Shown here: positions 61,103 to 64,000 of the stretch, one piece after another
Numbering within the stretch: the first letter of the stretch is position 1
How the letters are laid out: the number at the start of each line of letters is the position of its first letter
Source: Halobacteriales archaeon QS_4_70_19
GTDB taxonomy: Archaea > Halobacteriota > Halobacteria > Halobacteriales > Haloarculaceae
Assembly (NCBI GenBank): GCA_003020985.1
Contig: PXRM01000025.1
Location: forward strand, 15,830-79,829
Reading direction: 5' to 3'
Length of the DNA: 64,000 nt
Translations under genes and position numbers: made by a program
The notes under the pieces: generated by a model
Told to the model about the DNA's origin: nothing
Seen by the model: only the letters and a program-made list of their open reading frames with translations
The model's database searches: none

Positions 61103-62296
61103 ATGCAACCGCCCGAAATCGGTGAGCTCTCGCCGCCGGACCGCCTGCTGATGGGTCCCGGGCCGAGCGAGGTCCACCCCCGGACGCTGCGCGCGATGGC
61201 GGCCCCACCCGTCGGCCATCTGGACCCCGCGTTCCTGGACGTGATGGACGAAACCCAGGACCTCCTCCGGTACGTCCTCCGGACCGACAACCAGTGGACC
61301 ATCCCCGTCTCCGGGACCGGGAGCGCGGCGATGGAGGCCGCAATCGCCAACCTCACGCGCCCCGACGACGCCGTCCTCGTACCCTCGAACGGCTACTTCG
61401 GCGACCGGATGGCCGCGATGGTCCGGCGGGCCGGCGGCGAGCCCGTCCGCGTCGACGCCCCGTGGGGAGAGCCCCTCGACCCCGACGACGTGAGCGATGC
61501 GTTCGCCGAGCACGACCCGGACCTGTTCGGCTTCGTCCACGCCGAGACCTCCACCGGCGTCCGGCAGCCGGACGTCCCCGCGCTCACCGACATCGCCCAC
61601 GACAACGACGCCCTCGTCGTGGCCGACGTCGTCACGTCGCTGGGGGGCGTCGAGTTCCGGATGGACGAGTGGGGCGTCGACGCGGCCTACTCCGCGGGGC
61701 AGAAGTGCCTCTCCTGTCCGCCGGGCGCCTCGCCGCTCTCGCTCAATCGCCGCGCGATGGAGCGGGTCCGGGACCGCGAGTCCCGCCCCCGGTCGTGGTA
61801 CCTCGACCTCACGCTGCTGGACGACTACTGGGGCGACGAGCGGGCCTACCACCACACGGCACCCGTCTCGAGCGTCTACGCGCTCCGCGAGTCGCTCCGG
61901 CTGGTCGTCGAGGAGGGGCTGGAGACGCGCTGGGAGCGACACGAGCGGGTCGCGGGCGCGCTCCGCGAGGGCCTGGCCGCGATGGGGCTCGACCCCGTCG
62001 CTGAACCGGACTGGTGGCTCCCCTCGCTCAACACCGCGCGCCTCCCCGACACCGCCCACGTCGACCCGGACGACGTCATCGAGCGGCTGCTCGCCGAGCA
62101 CGGCATCGAGATCGCCGGCGGACTCGGCGACCTCGCCGGCGAGGTGCTCCGGATCGGCTGCATGGGCTACGGCGCGACCCCGGACAACGTGACCGCGCTC
62201 GTCGCCGCGCTCGGGGACACGCTGCTCGCGCTCGGCGTCGACGTGGACGCCGACGCCGGCCCCGCCGCGGTCCGGGCGTCGCTCCGGGATTCGTGA
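61103..62296 (+). CDS. class V aminotransferase (alanine-glyoxylate/serine-pyruvate type)
   Basis: LMGPGPS, GTGSAAMEA, HAETSTG, GQKCLSCPPG. Confidence 0.92.
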   Translation: MQPPEIGELSPPDRLLMGPGPSEVHPRTLRAMAAPPVGHLDPAFLDVMDETQDLLRYVLRTDNQWTIPVSGTGSAAMEAAIANLTRPDDAVLVPSNGYFGDRMAAMVRRAGGEPVRVDAPWGEPLDPDDVSDAFAEHDPDLFGFVHAETSTGVRQPDVPALTDIAHDNDALVVADVVTSLGGVEFRMDEWGVDAAYSAGQKCLSCPPGASPLSLNRRAMERVRDRESRPRSWYLDLTLLDDYWGDERAYHHTAPVSSVYALRESLRLVVEEGLETRWERHERVAGALREGLAAMGLDPVAEPDWWLPSLNTARLPDTAHVDPDDVIERLLAEHGIEIAGGLGDLAGEVLRIGCMGYGATPDNVTALVAALGDTLLALGVDVDADAGPAAVRASLRDS

Positions 62297-62413
62297 TCTC
62301 TGCTCCCTCAGCCCCGGCCCAGGTATTCTGAGAATTCCGGTATTATATCCGGAAAGGGGGCAAGAAATACTGTATATCCGGGGGATTCTCGAAATCAACT
62401 GTTTTTTGGCTGG

Positions 62414-63748
62414 CTACCAGCTACTCCCGCTCCCGTTCGCCCGGCGGTGAGCCCGGCCGGTCAGGAGGCCGAGGCCGATGCCGACGGTCGCCCCCAGCAC
62501 CGCCGTCCCGACGAGCACGGCCCGCAGCGCCGTCTCGAACCCCACGAGCGGACCACCCGCCGCCACCAGCGCGCCCAGCGCCAGCGGCGCGGCGGTCGAC
62601 CCCACTCGGCCGACGGACTCGCCGACGCTGACGAGGCCCCCGCGGGCACGAGCGTCCGCCAGCCCCGTCACGGTCGAGCGGTAGAGGGTGAGTACCGTCC
62701 CGAACCCGGCACCGGCGACGGCGGCACCCACGGCCGCGACCGGGAGCGAGGGCGCGAGCCCGAAGACGGCCAGCCCGGCCCCGCAGACGGCCATCGTCGC
62801 GGCGAGCGGGAGGCCACGGCCGTCGACGGCGGCGGTGAGCCGCCCCACCTGCGTCCCGCCCACCGCCGACCCGAGACTGGCCAGCCCCACGAGGAGTCCC
62901 GCGACCTCCGCCGAACTCTCCAGCAGGCGCCCCGTCACGACGGACGCGTACGTGAGGAAGGCGAACCAGAGGAAGGAGGGCACCGCCCGTCCTGCCAGCA
63001 CCGCGAGGACGAGCGGGTCACGCAGCAGTGCCAGGAGCGTGCCGGACCCGTCCTCGCTATCGGCGTTGTCCGTCGCCGCGGGCGCGTCCTGGTCACCGTC
63101 CGCGCCCGACGCGGTCGGCTCGTCGAAGACGCGCAACACTACCAGCGCGACCGGCAGGCCCAGCAGGAACAGCAGGAAGGGGAGCCGGAAGTCGCGCGTC
63201 ACCAGCAGGCCCGCCAGGACCGGAAACAGCGCCAGCGAGAGGCCAACGGTGGCGAAGCGGAGGCCCTGCGCCGTCGCCTCCCGCTCGCCGCCGTAGAGGT
63301 CGCCGACGCTGGCGATGAGCATCGGCCCGATGCCGCAGTAGCCGACGCCCTGGACGAGCCGGAGCGCGACGACGACCCGGAAGTCGGTCGTGAGTGCGGC
63401 GGCCCCGCCAGCGACGCCGAGGAGCGCGAGTCCGGCCGCGAGGACGGGGCGCCGGCCGACCCGGTCCGAGAGTGCCCCCACGAGTGGGATGGCGACGATG
63501 GAGGGCGCCGTGAACGCGGCCATCAGCAGACCGACGCGGGCGACCGAGACGCCGTACGGCGACGCCAGCGACTCCAGCACGGGTGAGACGACCGACGACC
63601 CCATCGGCGAGATGACGCTCCCGAGCAGGAGCACCTGGAAGACACGGTCCCGGACCACGTCGGCCTCTCCGCCGAAGAGGCGGGCGAGCACCCGTCCGAG
63701 CGGCCCGCTGGAGCCGGCCTCGCCGTCCTCCGTGGGGGCGCCGCCCAT
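62414..63748 (-). CDS. MFS transporter
   Basis: GALSDRVGRR motif A and about 12 hydrophobic segments. Confidence 0.9.
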   Translation of the reverse strand: MGGAPTEDGEAGSSGPLGRVLARLFGGEADVVRDRVFQVLLLGSVISPMGSSVVSPVLESLASPYGVSVARVGLLMAAFTAPSIVAIPLVGALSDRVGRRPVLAAGLALLGVAGGAAALTTDFRVVVALRLVQGVGYCGIGPMLIASVGDLYGGEREATAQGLRFATVGLSLALFPVLAGLLVTRDFRLPFLLFLLGLPVALVVLRVFDEPTASGADGDQDAPAATDNADSEDGSGTLLALLRDPLVLAVLAGRAVPSFLWFAFLTYASVVTGRLLESSAEVAGLLVGLASLGSAVGGTQVGRLTAAVDGRGLPLAATMAVCGAGLAVFGLAPSLPVAAVGAAVAGAGFGTVLTLYRSTVTGLADARARGGLVSVGESVGRVGSTAAPLALGALVAAGGPLVGFETALRAVLVGTAVLGATVGIGLGLLTGRAHRRANGSGSSW

Positions 63749-64000
63749 TCAGACCCCGAGGTCGGCCGTGACGTGGTCCAGGCCGAGGACGAGCGCGGCC
63801 CCGACGACGCCCGCGAGGAGCAGCCCCACCGCGACCTGCGCCGACGGCGTGGCGACGCTCTCGGCGATCTCACGGGCCGGGAGCCGGAGCGCCCCGACCA
63901 TCAGGCTCACCAGGAACGTCAGCGTCGCGGCCCGGTAGTGGTCCAGCGCCCACCGGATGACGTGTGCGACGGTCAGGAGGCCGACCACGGCGCCCGTGCA
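63749..64000 (-). CDS. DUF368 family membrane protein, C-terminal part
   Basis: GAVVGLLTVAHVIRWALDHYRAATLTFLVSLMVGALRLP. Confidence 0.75.
   Translation of the reverse strand, partial: CTGAVVGLLTVAHVIRWALDHYRAATLTFLVSLMVGALRLPAREIAESVATPSAQVAVGLLLAGVVGAALVLGLDHVTADLGV

Overview
A GC-rich haloarchaeal (Halobacteria) chromosomal segment. Most of it is housekeeping DNA: trmI, NAC, korAB, hisF, rpoL, eIF2-alpha, nop10, mutY, two tenA genes, glyA, pduO, two acyl-CoA ligases, aglJ, folD, purD, pyrBI, thiR/thiN, a class V aminotransferase and an MFS transporter. The most interesting part is a roughly 8.2 kb tandem island (29045-37275) at the 3' end of tRNA-Val(CAC). It holds two related integrative elements. 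Each begins with the same ~225 bp structured arm and ends with a tyrosine integrase (or its remnant) plus a 14-bp att core. Element 1 carries a McrB-like GTPase, a McrC N-terminus fused in frame to an integrase C-terminus, an intact Fic gene, and an integrase with one nonsense codon. Element 2 carries a solitary 37-bp repeat resembling haloarchaeal type I-D CRISPR repeats (no array or cas genes in the window), an AbrB/VapC toxin-antitoxin pair whose PIN domain has Asn at the first catalytic Asp, a broken Fic gene, and an integrase N-terminus fused to the Fe-S tail of an HhH-GPD glycosylase. Across the window about a dozen accessory genes are broken, often by short internal deletions, while core genes are intact. 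All calls come from reading motifs by eye; no database searches were run.
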